From: an uncultured Spirochaetales bacterium
GTDB lineage: Bacteria > Myxococcota_A > UBA9160 > SMWR01
Assembly (NCBI GenBank): GCA_964624475.1
Contig: CAZUYC010000083.1
Coordinates: 50,368 to 114,367, forward strand
Reading direction: 5' to 3'
DNA length: 64,000 bases
How positions within the stretch are numbered: the first letter of the stretch is position 1; every line of letters begins with the position of its first letter. Under the pieces are notes generated by a model, which saw only the letters and a program-made list of their open reading frames with translations, was not told where the DNA came from and did no database searches. Shown piece after piece: positions 37,359 through 49,046 of this stretch. The position numbers and the translations under genes were made by a program.

Positions 37359-38510
37359 ATGGCAGAGGCCTACCTCATCGATGCGGTCCGCACCCCGGTC
37401 GGGAAGCGCGGCGGCGGGCTCGCCCGCGTGCACTCCGCCGATCTCGGCGCGCACGTCCTGCGCGCGCTCGTCCTGCGCACGGGCATCGACCCGGCCGCGA
37501 TCGAGGACGTCGTCTTCGGCTGCTGCGACGCGGTCGGGCCGCAGTCCGGCGACATCGCGCGCACCTGCTGGCTCGCGGCCGGGCTCCCGCAACACGTGCC
37601 GGGCGTCACGATCGACCGGCAGTGCGGCTCGTCGCAGCAGGCGGTCCACTTCGCCGCGCAGGCGGTGATGAGCGGCACCAGCGACCTCGTCGTCGCGGGC
37701 GGCGTGCAGAACATGAGCCTCGTCCCGATCTCGTTCGCCATGACGGCCGCGGAGCCGCTCGGCTTCCCCGATCCCTTCTCGGGGTCGACGGGCTGGGCCC
37801 TTCGCTACGGCGCGCAGGAGGTCTCGCAGTTCCGCGGTGCGGAGATGATGGCCGAGAAGTGGGACCTCTCGCGCGAGGACATGGAGCGCTTCTCGCTCGA
37901 GAGCCACCGCCGGGCGGTGCGCGCGACCGACGAGGGGCGCTTCGCGAACGAGATCGTTCCCTTCGGCGACGTGAAGCACGACGAGGGCCCGCGCCGCGAC
38001 ACGAGCCTCGAGAAGATGGCGAAGCTCCAGCCGCTGCGTCCCGGAGGGCGCGTCACGGCGGCCCACGCGAGCCAGATCTCCGACGGCGCCTCGTGCGTGC
38101 TGGTCGCCTCGGAGCGGGCGCTGCGCGACCACGGGCTCCGGCCGCGCGCGCGCGTCCATCACATTTCGGTGCGCGCCGACGACCCGGTGATGATGCTCTC
38201 GGCGCCGATCCCGGCCACGGCCCATGCCCTCGGAAAGGCCGGCATGAGGATCCGGGACATCGACGTGGTCGAGATCAACGAGGCCTTCGCCTCGCCCGTG
38301 CTCGCCTGGCTCGAGGAGACGGGCGCCGACCCGGCGCGCGTGAACCCGAACGGCGGCGCGATCGCGCTCGGCCACCCGATCGGGGCCACGGGGACGCGCC
38401 TGATGACGACGCTGCTGGGTGAGCTCGAGCGCACGCGCGGACGCTACGGCCTGCAGACCATGTGCGAGGGCGGCGGCCAGGCGAACGTCACGATCCTCGA
38501 GCGGCTCTAG
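37359..38510 (+). CDS. fadA6: Acetyl-CoA acetyltransferase FadA6-like
   Basis: DRQCGSSQQA (catalytic Cys), NEAFA, GHPIGATG, MCEGGG; SD AGGAGA. Confidence 0.85.
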   Translation: MAEAYLIDAVRTPVGKRGGGLARVHSADLGAHVLRALVLRTGIDPAAIEDVVFGCCDAVGPQSGDIARTCWLAAGLPQHVPGVTIDRQCGSSQQAVHFAAQAVMSGTSDLVVAGGVQNMSLVPISFAMTAAEPLGFPDPFSGSTGWALRYGAQEVSQFRGAEMMAEKWDLSREDMERFSLESHRRAVRATDEGRFANEIVPFGDVKHDEGPRRDTSLEKMAKLQPLRPGGRVTAAHASQISDGASCVLVASERALRDHGLRPRARVHHISVRADDPVMMLSAPIPATAHALGKAGMRIRDIDVVEINEAFASPVLAWLEETGADPARVNPNGGAIALGHPIGATGTRLMTTLLGELERTRGRYGLQTMCEGGGQANVTILERL

Positions 38511-38549
38511 TCCGATGGGACTTCGCTCGCAGGCCTTGCAGGGGCCCGC

Positions 38550-38576
38550 CTTCGCTCGCCTACGGCTCGCTGCGCG
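38550..38576 (+). repeat. REP-like dispersed repeat, copy 3 (partial)
   Basis: CTTCGCTCGCCTACGGCTCGCTGCGCG in the fadA6-fadE33 spacer. Confidence 0.65.
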
Positions 38577-38597
38577 CTTCGCTTGCGCTCGCTGCGC

Positions 38598-38624
38598 GGG
38601 GGCCGACTCCTCGAGTCGGCCCCC
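38598..38624 (+). terminator. Perfect 12-bp stem hairpin (terminator or mRNA-stabilising structure)
   Basis: GGGGGCCGACTC-CTC-GAGTCGGCCCCC followed by only TT. Confidence 0.45.
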
Positions 38625-38639
38625 TTGGGGGCTCCGGCC

Positions 38640-39785
38640 GTGAACCTCGCCTTCGACGAGGCGCAGCAGGAGCTGCGGGCGCAGGCGCGCGCCTTCCTGG
38701 CCGAGCACTCGGGCCCGGAGCAGGTGCGGCGCGCCATGGCGAGCGAGCTCGGCTTCGATCCGGGCCTGTGGAAGCAGATCTCGGCGGAGCTCGGCTGGAC
38801 GGCGCTGCTCGTGCCCGAGACCTACGGCGGGCTCGGGCTCGGCCCCGTCGAGCTCGTCGCGCTCGCCGAGGTGATGGGCGAGGCGCTGCTCTGCGCGCCC
38901 TTCTTCTCGAGCGTGTGCCTCGGCGCGCAGGCGCTCCTCGTCGCGGGGAGCGAGGAGCAGAAGCGCCTGCACCTGCCCGGGATCGCCGCGGGCACGACGC
39001 TCGCGACGGTCGCGGCGCTCGAGCCGAGCGGCCGCTTCGACGCCTCGGGGATCGAGGCGGTCGCGCGCCGCGCCGGGGGTGAGTTCGTGCTCTCCGGCGC
39101 GAAGCGCTACGTCGTGGACGGCCACTGCGCCGATCTCCTCGTGGTGCCGGCGCGGCGCGAGGGGAGCGCGGGCGAGGAAGGCGTGAGCCTCTTCCTCGTG
39201 CCGGCGCGTGCGGCCGGCGTCGAGCGGCGCGCCCTGCCGTCGCTGGACCAGACGCGCCGACAGGCCGAGCTCTGGCTTCGCGACGCGCGCGTCCCGGCGG
39301 GCGCGCTCCTCGGCGAGGAAGGCCGGGGCTGGCCGGCGATGGAAAAGACGCTCGACCTTGCGGCGATCGCGCTCGCGGCCGAGCAGGTGGGCGGGGCGCA
39401 GCGCTGCCTCGACGTCTCCGTCGCCTACGCGAAGCAGCGCGTGCAGTTCGGGCGTCCGATCGGCTCCTTCCAGGCCATCCAGCACAAGTGCGCCGACATG
39501 ATGGTCGCCGTCGAGGCGGCGCGCTCCGGCGTCTACTGGGCCGCGTGCGTCGCGGCGGAAGGCGGCGAGGATCTCTCCGTCGCCGCGTCGCTCGCGAAGG
39601 CCACCGCCTCCGAGGCCTTCTTCCGCTGCGCCGCCGAGAGCCTCCAGATCCACGGCGGCGTCGGCTTCACCTGGGAGGTCGACGTGCATCTCTACCTGAA
39701 GCGGGCGCGCGGGGGCGAGTCGCTGCTCGGCGACCCGGCTTTTCATCGCGAGCGCGTGGCGCGGCACCTGGGGCTTCCGGCGTGA
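38640..39785 (+). CDS. fadE33: Acyl-CoA dehydrogenase FadE33-like
   Basis: GPEQVRRAMASELGFD (resembles FadE33 N-terminus), AAEQVGGAQRCL, QFGRPIGSFQA. Confidence 0.7.
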   Translation: MNLAFDEAQQELRAQARAFLAEHSGPEQVRRAMASELGFDPGLWKQISAELGWTALLVPETYGGLGLGPVELVALAEVMGEALLCAPFFSSVCLGAQALLVAGSEEQKRLHLPGIAAGTTLATVAALEPSGRFDASGIEAVARRAGGEFVLSGAKRYVVDGHCADLLVVPARREGSAGEEGVSLFLVPARAAGVERRALPSLDQTRRQAELWLRDARVPAGALLGEEGRGWPAMEKTLDLAAIALAAEQVGGAQRCLDVSVAYAKQRVQFGRPIGSFQAIQHKCADMMVAVEAARSGVYWAACVAAEGGEDLSVAASLAKATASEAFFRCAAESLQIHGGVGFTWEVDVHLYLKRARGGESLLGDPAFHRERVARHLGLPA

Positions 39786-40555
39786 AGGATCCGCTCGACC
39801 TCTCCGGCCGCGTCGCGATCGTGACGGGCGGAACGCGCGGCGTCGGGCGCGGGATCACGGCACGCTTCCTCGAGGCCGGGGCCGGAGTCGTGGTCTGCGG
39901 GCGCAACGCGCCCGCAGAGCCTCTGCGCGCGGGCTCGAACGAAGCCCTCTTCGTGCAGGCCGACGTGCGCGAGCTCGAGCAGATCGAGCGCGTGATCGCC
40001 GCCGCGCGCGAGCGCTTCGGCCGCCTCGACATGCTCGTGAACAACGCCGGCGGCGCCCCCGCAGCCGACGCCGCCACCGCCTCGCCGCGCTTCTCCGAGG
40101 CGATGATCCGCCTCAACCTGATCGCGCCGCTCCACTTCGCGCAGCGCGCGAACGCCGTGATGCAGGCGCAGGCGGAAGGCGGCTCGATCGTCTTCATCAC
40201 CAGCGTGAGCGCCTTCCGCCCGTCGCCGGGAACCGCGGCCTACGGCGCGGCGAAGGCCGGCCTCGTCTCGCTCGCCGCCTCCCTCGCCGTCGAGTGGTCG
40301 CCGAAGGTGCGCACGAACTGCGTCGCCGCCGGAATGGTCGAGACCGAGCTCTCGCACCTGCACTACGGCGACGCGGCGGGCCTCGCGCACGTCGCGGCCA
40401 CCGTCCCGCTCGGCCGCCTCGCCTCCCCCCGCGACATCGGCGACGCCTGCCTCTTCCTCGCCTCCCCCCTCGCGAGCTACGTCTCCGGCTCGACCCTCGT
40501 CGTCCACGGCGGCGGCGAGCGCCCGGCGTTCCTCGGGGCAGTGCAGAAGGAGTAG
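39782..40555 (+). CDS. SDR oxidoreductase, Rv3549c-like (steroid C/D-ring cluster)
   Basis: TGGTRGVG, NNAGGAP, RPSPGTAAYGAAK, VHGGGERP; GTGA overlap. Confidence 0.85.
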   Translation: MKDPLDLSGRVAIVTGGTRGVGRGITARFLEAGAGVVVCGRNAPAEPLRAGSNEALFVQADVRELEQIERVIAAARERFGRLDMLVNNAGGAPAADAATASPRFSEAMIRLNLIAPLHFAQRANAVMQAQAEGGSIVFITSVSAFRPSPGTAAYGAAKAGLVSLAASLAVEWSPKVRTNCVAAGMVETELSHLHYGDAAGLAHVAATVPLGRLASPRDIGDACLFLASPLASYVSGSTLVVHGGGERPAFLGAVQKE

Positions 40556-40604
40556 GATCGGTCCGTCCGCTCCGCGCCCGCAGGCTCGTCGGATCGGCTC
40601 GGAT

Positions 40605-41162
40605 TCAGCGCAAGCGCCGAGTCCAGGCGCCGAGCGCGAGGAGCAGCTCGCCCAGGAGCTTCCGGGTCTTCTCGTCGACGAGCCGTCCGTCGGCGTCGAA
40701 CTTCTCGGCGGCGCCGGCAATCAAGAGCTCGGGTCGGGAGAGCACGCGGGCGTTCAGGAACACGAAGCTCTGGCGCAGGTGATGCTGGGCCCGCGTGGTG
40801 CCGAATCCGCCCGGAGTCGCTCCCACGATCGCGACGGGCTTGTCCCGGAAGGGCTGATCGGGAGGTCGCGATGCCCAGTCGATGGAGTTCTTGAGCACAC
40901 CCGGCACCGAGTAGTTGTACTCGGGAGTGGCGATCAGGACCGCGTCGGCCGCGCGGATCCGCTCGCGGAGCTCCTGCACACTCGGCGGGAACCCCTGCTT
41001 CTCGACGTCGCCGTCGTAGAGCGGGATCATCGACAGATCGAAGCTCTCGAGCTCCAGGCCCTCCGGGGCGAGGTCCTTCGCCGCGCGGAGCACTCCCCGG
41101 TTGTACGATCCTCTCCGCAGGCTTCCCGCGATCGCGAGCACCCGGAGCCGCTCTTCCGCCAT
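40605..41162 (-). CDS. NADPH-dependent FMN reductase (ChrR/YieF-like)
   Basis: GSLRRGSYN, TPEYNYSVPGVLKNSIDW, GTTRAQHHLRQ. Confidence 0.92.
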   Translation of the reverse strand: MAEERLRVLAIAGSLRRGSYNRGVLRAAKDLAPEGLELESFDLSMIPLYDGDVEKQGFPPSVQELRERIRAADAVLIATPEYNYSVPGVLKNSIDWASRPPDQPFRDKPVAIVGATPGGFGTTRAQHHLRQSFVFLNARVLSRPELLIAGAAEKFDADGRLVDEKTRKLLGELLLALGAWTRRLR

Positions 41163-41251
41163 CGGGCTTCTCCTTTGCTGGGGCGCTCGGAGCCGGAGCC
41201 CATGGTGCCCCTCCCGGCCTCGACGAGAACCGTGAGGAGGATGGACACGCT

Positions 41252-41265
41252 GTCAGGCAGCAGGC
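41252..41265 (+). repeat. Left arm of 14-bp inverted repeat bracketing hicBA
   Basis: GTCAGGCAGCAGGC; contains the hicA stop on the minus strand (GCCTGAC). Confidence 0.7.
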
Positions 41266-41444
41266 GAAGGCACCTCGAGATCGCGGCAGATCTTGCGAGC
41301 GAGATGCTCGTTGATCTCGCGGTGCCGGGGCACAGTCGAGGCCCTTCGAGTGTTCCGATTCACGAAGACCGAGTGCTTTGCCCCCTCGCGGAGCAGTTGG
41401 CACCCGTGCATCTCTAAGTGCCGGACCAATTCGCGGCGCTTCAC
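41253..41444 (-). CDS. hicA: HicA-family toxin (mRNA interferase)
   Basis: 63 aa; MKRRELVRHL..HGC.LLREGAKH, TVPRHREI. Confidence 0.9.
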   Translation of the reverse strand: MKRRELVRHLEMHGCQLLREGAKHSVFVNRNTRRASTVPRHREINEHLARKICRDLEVPSPAA

Positions 41445-41665
41445 CCGGCGGCGATCTTCAGGGGTTCGCGGATCACTTCGTCGTCGCCCGTTTCTTCGCG
41501 GGCGAGCGCCCGGTTCGCATCGACCACAAGGTGCACAGCTTCTCGGAGGTTCTCGCGCGCCTCCTCCAGCGTGTCGCCCTGGGTATTCGCGCCCGGGAGT
41601 TCCTCGACGAACGCGATGTACCCCTCAGGCACCTTCTTGAACACGGCGGTCAAGGCCAGTTCCAT
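41441..41665 (-). CDS. hicB: Short HicB-family antitoxin (no C-terminal DNA-binding domain)
   Basis: 74 aa; YIAFVEELPGANTQGDTLEEARENLREA; GTGA overlap with hicA. Confidence 0.9.
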   Translation of the reverse strand: MELALTAVFKKVPEGYIAFVEELPGANTQGDTLEEARENLREAVHLVVDANRALAREETGDDEVIREPLKIAAG

Positions 41666-41704
41666 GGGTCGGCTCCCCTCGCATCAGAGCATATCGCCTC
41701 GGAT

Positions 41705-41718
41705 GCCTGCTGCCTAAC
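41705..41718 (+). repeat. Right arm of 14-bp inverted repeat; reads GTTAGGC (GTTRRRY) on the minus strand
   Basis: GCCTGCTGCCTAAC; 13/14 match to the reverse complement of 41252-41265. Confidence 0.7.
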
Positions 41719-41967
41719 ACCCATGAGCGCGGCACTTCGGTGGCTCAGGAGACAGAGGAGGCCGCCCGCATCGAATCAGGCGACCTCCCTGATGAGCCTC
41801 TGGATCCGTCGAGCAGACTGTTTACGGAAGTTCCTGCAGGAGGTTGCTTCGCACGGGCTCCGCGGGCGGATCCTTCTGGAACGAGGTAGCGAGCTGCTGC
41901 CACTCGCCGTCCCCGTTCAGCTTGTCGATGAACTGCCCGAAGGCTGCCCCGTCGGCGTGATCGATCA

Positions 41968-42360
41968 CTCGTCGAGGCCTGCGAGGCGTTGGTGCGCGAG
42001 TGGAGGCCGCAACCGGCGCCCGCCTGGGTGACGTGCATCCCGTCGCGGCGGCACCCCGAGCTCGTTCCGGATTTCGCTCGGCGGCTGGCGAGTGCCTTGG
42101 AGCTGCCGTTTCATGCGGTACTGGAGAAGACGGACGATCGCCCACAGCAGAAGACGATGGCGAACAGCACGTAACAGGCTCGGAACATCGACGGGTCGCT
42201 GGCGGTCGGCGTTGCACGGCTGCCCGCGGGTCCGGTCTTGCTCGTCGATGACATGGTGGATTCCCGCTGGACCTTGACCGTTGGAGCCTGGTTGCTGCGC
42301 TCCCGGGGCAGCGGCGACGTGTTCCCTCTCGCGCTCGGCTTCACGGGGCACGACGAATGA
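41968..42360 (+). pseudogene. 5'-truncated PRTase (ComF-like) domain typical of RecQ-PRTase fusion C-termini, with internal stop
   Basis: LVEACEALVREW...WVTCIPSRRHPELVPDFARRLA...MANST*QARNI...[17 protein letters not shown]. In-frame TAA at 42172-42174; ends with ATGA overlap on dprA. Confidence 0.8.
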
Positions 42361-43367
42361 GCGCGGCCCTTTCGCCCAACACCCAGGCGATCCTGCTGCT
42401 GATGGCGCCCTTGATTGCGGGGCGTCGGGAGCCTTCCTCGGACCTGTTGACACCGCGCGAGTACAAGCGGCTGGCGCGCATGCTCCGTGAGATCGGGCGG
42501 CAGCCGGCCGATCTCCTTGGCCCCGCGGCCGACGAAACCCTGAAGAAGTGTCAACCGTTCCTCGATTGCGCCCGGCTCGAGCGGCTCTTGAGACGCGGTT
42601 TCCAGCTGAGCCAAGCGGTCGAGCACTGGCAGGCGCGGGCGATCTGGGTGATCAGCAGAGCCGATGCCGACTACCCGAAGCGACTGAAGGAGCGACTCCG
42701 GGAGGATTCGCCGCCGGTCCTCTACGGGTGTGGAGAGCCCACGCTCCTGGCGACGGGAGGATTGGCAGTCGTCGGCTCGAGGCATGTGGATGAGGCGCTC
42801 GTCGAATACACCGAGGGCATCGGCCGTCTCGCCGCCGCCGCGGGGCGCACCGTGATCTCTGGTGGTGCTCGCGGCATCGATCAGGCCGCGATGCGGGGGG
42901 CGCTGGATGCCGGCGGTAGGGTGGTAGGGGTCCTGGCGGACAGTCTCGAACGGGCTGCGTTGGCGCGCGATCACCGGGATGTCCTGATGGGTAGCCGGCT
43001 CGTCCTCATCTCGCCCTACGATCCTGCGGCCGGGTTCCACGTGGGACACGCGATGCAGCGGAACAAGTTGATTTATGCGCTGGCGGATGCCGCCCTGGTG
43101 GTCAGCTCGGATTTCCAGAAGGGCGGTACGTGGGCGGGGGCGGTCGAGCAGTTGGACGATCTCAGGTTCGTTCCCGTCTACGTCCGTTCGAACGGCGAAA
43201 CCGGAAAGGGCCTGGATTCGCTGCGAAAGAAGGGCGCGCGGCCGTGGCCGAATCCGGCGACTCTGGAGGCGCTCGCGGAGGTCCTCGTAGGTCCGGCGAC
43301 AGTGCACGAGGGTGCTCCCGGCCAAGAGAGTTTGCCCTTCGAGGCTGAACCTCAGTCTGGGGAGTGA
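42357..43367 (+). CDS. dprA: DprA/SMF-family protein (defence-island type), possibly C-terminally truncated
   Basis: [56 protein letters not shown]. Confidence 0.88.
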   Translation: MSAALSPNTQAILLLMAPLIAGRREPSSDLLTPREYKRLARMLREIGRQPADLLGPAADETLKKCQPFLDCARLERLLRRGFQLSQAVEHWQARAIWVISRADADYPKRLKERLREDSPPVLYGCGEPTLLATGGLAVVGSRHVDEALVEYTEGIGRLAAAAGRTVISGGARGIDQAAMRGALDAGGRVVGVLADSLERAALARDHRDVLMGSRLVLISPYDPAAGFHVGHAMQRNKLIYALADAALVVSSDFQKGGTWAGAVEQLDDLRFVPVYVRSNGETGKGLDSLRKKGARPWPNPATLEALAEVLVGPATVHEGAPGQESLPFEAEPQSGE

Positions 43368-43463
43368 CTCGGCGTGTCGAGAAGGCAGGCCAAGGAGTGG
43401 CTGCAGCGCATCGTCGGAGGCTCGCGAGGGAGACGGCCTGGCTGCTTGCGACGGGCTCGCCGT

Positions 43464-43493
43464 GCTGAGTAGTTTTACTCAGCGCCTTGAGTA
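43464..43493. promoter_or_regulatory. AT-rich palindrome with a third half-site upstream of hsdR (putative operator)
   Basis: GCTGAGTA-GTTT-TACTCAGC (43464-43483) plus TGAGTA (43488-43493). Confidence 0.4.
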
Positions 43494-43568
43494 AATCGGG
43501 ATGAGCCACCAGCGTCCGAAGATCGCCGCGCTCCCGCGCCGCTTTGGTGCCGGGCAACGGGTGCGCGA

Positions 43569-46709
<3,141 letters not shown>

Positions 46710-47003
46710 GCCGGGGCTGCCCGAAGCCCTTGCCTTTCCACGCGCCCACCGAGCGCGACCCGAAAGACGGGCAGGTCGGCCTCGTTAGGACGGCGTGCAG
46801 AGACCCTTCTTTTCGTCTCTGACGACTTCTGCTAATAGCGGTCGGCATTGTCTTCGCGGCCGCAAACAAGGGGACCGATGACCGCTACGTGGAAGCCGAG
46901 GCGCAAGCCGCATGGACAACCGGGTCCGCTGCGCCGGCGGGTACAGGCGTCGCCAGCGATCGGCTCGCTTCGTGAGGTGCTACCCGCAGGACGGACTCGC
47001 GCC

Positions 47004-48233
47004 TCATCCCTTCACGCACACGACCTGGCGGAGCTCGTGGACGACTTCCACGAGATCGCGCTGCGCGTGCATCACGGCGTCGATGGGCTTGTAGGCGCCG
47101 GGCGTCTCGTCGATCACGGCCGCGTCCTTGCGACACTCGACGTCGCGGGTCGCGTTGCGGTGGTCCTCCAGCGAGAAGCGCCGCCGCGCCTCGCCCCGGG
47201 ACATGGCCCGCCCGGCGCCGTGGCTGCAGCTGTCGAAGCTCTGCGGGTTGCCCCGGCCGCGCACGATGAACGAGCGCGCGCCCATGCTCCCGGGGATGAT
47301 GCCGAGGTCGCCCTCGCGCGCCCGGACGGCCCCCTTGCGGGTGAGGAACACGTCGGCCCCGAAGTGGCGCTCGCGCGCGACGTAGTTGTGGTGGCAGTCG
47401 ATCGCCGACGCCTCGAGCCGGAAGCGCGGCAGGTGCCTGCGCAGGGCGGCGAGGAGCGCGCCGAGCATCAGCTCGCGGTTCACGCGGGCATACTCCTGCG
47501 CCCAGTCGACCGCCTCCACGTAGTCGTCGAAGAGCTCGGAGCCCTCGCGCAGGTACGCGAGGTCGCGGTCGGGCAGGCGCACCTGGTGGCGCTCCATCTC
47601 GCGGCGCGCGAGGTGGATGAAATGGGTGCCGATGCGGTTGCCGGCGCCGCGGCTCCCGCTGTGGAGCATCACCCAGACGCGGTCCTCCTCGTCGAGGCAG
47701 AGCTCGATGAAGTGGTTGCCGCCGCCGAGCGTGCCGAGCTGCTCGACCGGGCGCTTGTGGGCGACCGGAGTGTGGCGGTCGACGATCCGCTCATAGCGCT
47801 TGGAGAGCCCCCGCCACGCGCGACCGACCGCCTTTGGCGCCTCGTCCCACGAGCCCACCCGGCCGCCCTTGCCGCCGCCGTGGGGCACGGCGGCCTCGAT
47901 CTCGAGGCGCAGCTCCCGCAGGCTGTCCGGGAGCCCCTCGGCCAGGAGGCTCGTGCGCTGCGCCACCATCCCGCAGCCGATGTCGACGCCGACGGCGGCC
48001 GGGACGATCGCCCCCACGGTGGGGATCACCGAGCCTACCGTCGCGCCGATCCCGAGGTGCACGTCTGGCATCGCGGCCACGTGCGAGTGGATGAAGGGGA
48101 GCCGCGCCATGTTCAGGAGCTGGCGTCGCGCCGCGTCCTCGAAGGGCACGCCGCGCGTCCACGAGCGCACGGGGACTCCGCCGGTCGCCGTGATCTCCTC
48201 GTAGCTCGTCTCGTCTTCGCGCCTTCGCTTCAT
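47004..48233 (-). CDS. rtcB: RtcB RNA 3'-phosphate/5'-OH ligase (E. coli-like)
   Basis: MPDVHLGIG, VDIGCGM, GTLGGGNHFIE, HSGSRG, HHNY, IPGSMG, SHGAGR, DETPGAYK; start ATG 48233. Confidence 0.95.
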   Translation of the reverse strand: MKRRREDETSYEEITATGGVPVRSWTRGVPFEDAARRQLLNMARLPFIHSHVAAMPDVHLGIGATVGSVIPTVGAIVPAAVGVDIGCGMVAQRTSLLAEGLPDSLRELRLEIEAAVPHGGGKGGRVGSWDEAPKAVGRAWRGLSKRYERIVDRHTPVAHKRPVEQLGTLGGGNHFIELCLDEEDRVWVMLHSGSRGAGNRIGTHFIHLARREMERHQVRLPDRDLAYLREGSELFDDYVEAVDWAQEYARVNRELMLGALLAALRRHLPRFRLEASAIDCHHNYVARERHFGADVFLTRKGAVRAREGDLGIIPGSMGARSFIVRGRGNPQSFDSCSHGAGRAMSRGEARRRFSLEDHRNATRDVECRKDAAVIDETPGAYKPIDAVMHAQRDLVEVVHELRQVVCVKG

Positions 48234-48276
48234 CCCTCCACCCACCGTCTTCCGGCCGCGAGCGGGCGTCCCGGGG

Positions 48277-48969
48277 CTAGCGCGCGCCGACCCGGATCTC
48301 GACGAGCTTGCGGACGGTGTAGTGACCGCTCGAGTTGAAGAGGACGGCGGGGGTCCAGCCCGGGAGCGCCGAGAGCTGCCGCATCTTCATCGTCATGGCG
48401 CCGGTCGTGTCGATCACCCAGGGGTCGTCCGGATCCTCGAACCAGAGCGTCACCATGTGGAACTCGCCGTCTTGGTCGCGGCGGATCACGGCGCGGAAGA
48501 TCTGCTCCTCGGGGAAGCCGAGGTCGAGCATCAGGTTGTAGGCGATCAGGTCGATGCCGTCGCAGTCGTCGCCGTTGCGTTCGAAGAGGTCCTTGGTGGT
48601 GGGCCAGTCGTCGCCGGCGATGTCCTGCCGTTCGTCGAAGCGGTAGTGCTGCATGGCCTGGCCCTGCGCCCATGCGACGAAGCGCCGCGCGAGCTGGCGC
48701 TTCTCCTCGTCGGCGAAGGCGCGGAACTTCTTGCGCAGGAGGCCCGAGCGCGGGTCCGGCTCGGCCGCGCGCCGGAGCTCGGCGGGCTCTCCCGCGACCT
48801 CGCGCGCCTGCCAGTCGCGGATCTTCTCGAACCAGACGTCGCCCGGCTCGGCCGCGACGAAGAAGCGGTAGCTGACGAGGGGCCTCGGGGGGCTGGTGCA
48901 ACCGAGCGGGGCTGCGCAGAGCGCGGCGAGCGCGACGGCGATCCGCGGCATGATGGTCGGCCCCGGCAT
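48277..48969 (-). CDS. Transglutaminase-like cysteine peptidase lipoprotein (BTLCP/LapG-like)
   Basis: Lipobox LGC; GDDCDG (Cys), FHMVTL (His), WVID (Asp). Confidence 0.75.
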   Translation of the reverse strand: MPGPTIMPRIAVALAALCAAPLGCTSPPRPLVSYRFFVAAEPGDVWFEKIRDWQAREVAGEPAELRRAAEPDPRSGLLRKKFRAFADEEKRQLARRFVAWAQGQAMQHYRFDERQDIAGDDWPTTKDLFERNGDDCDGIDLIAYNLMLDLGFPEEQIFRAVIRRDQDGEFHMVTLWFEDPDDPWVIDTTGAMTMKMRQLSALPGWTPAVLFNSSGHYTVRKLVEIRVGAR

Positions 48970-48995
48970 GCGCCGTCGAGGCTAGCAAAGTGACA

Positions 48996-49026
48996 CGGGC
49001 CCGTGGGGGAAACCCCCATGGGCCCG
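48996..49026. terminator. 14-bp stem hairpin (one mismatch) between small secreted gene and peptidase gene
   Basis: CGGGCCCGTGGGGG-AAA-CCCCCATGGGCCCG. Confidence 0.5.
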
Positions 49027-49046
49027 TTAGAATCGGCCTGGCGCTG

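Noticed and set aside
41720-41850. Complete attC site upstream of hicB
   Set aside because: The core GTTAGGC is present but no matching inverse core or L boxes pair within about 140 bp; only partial hairpins.
42172-43367. Programmed read-through or selenocysteine at the in-frame stops
   Set aside because: The first stop is TAA. The TGA does not fall at a plausible catalytic Cys position and no SECIS-like hairpin follows; decay is the simpler explanation.
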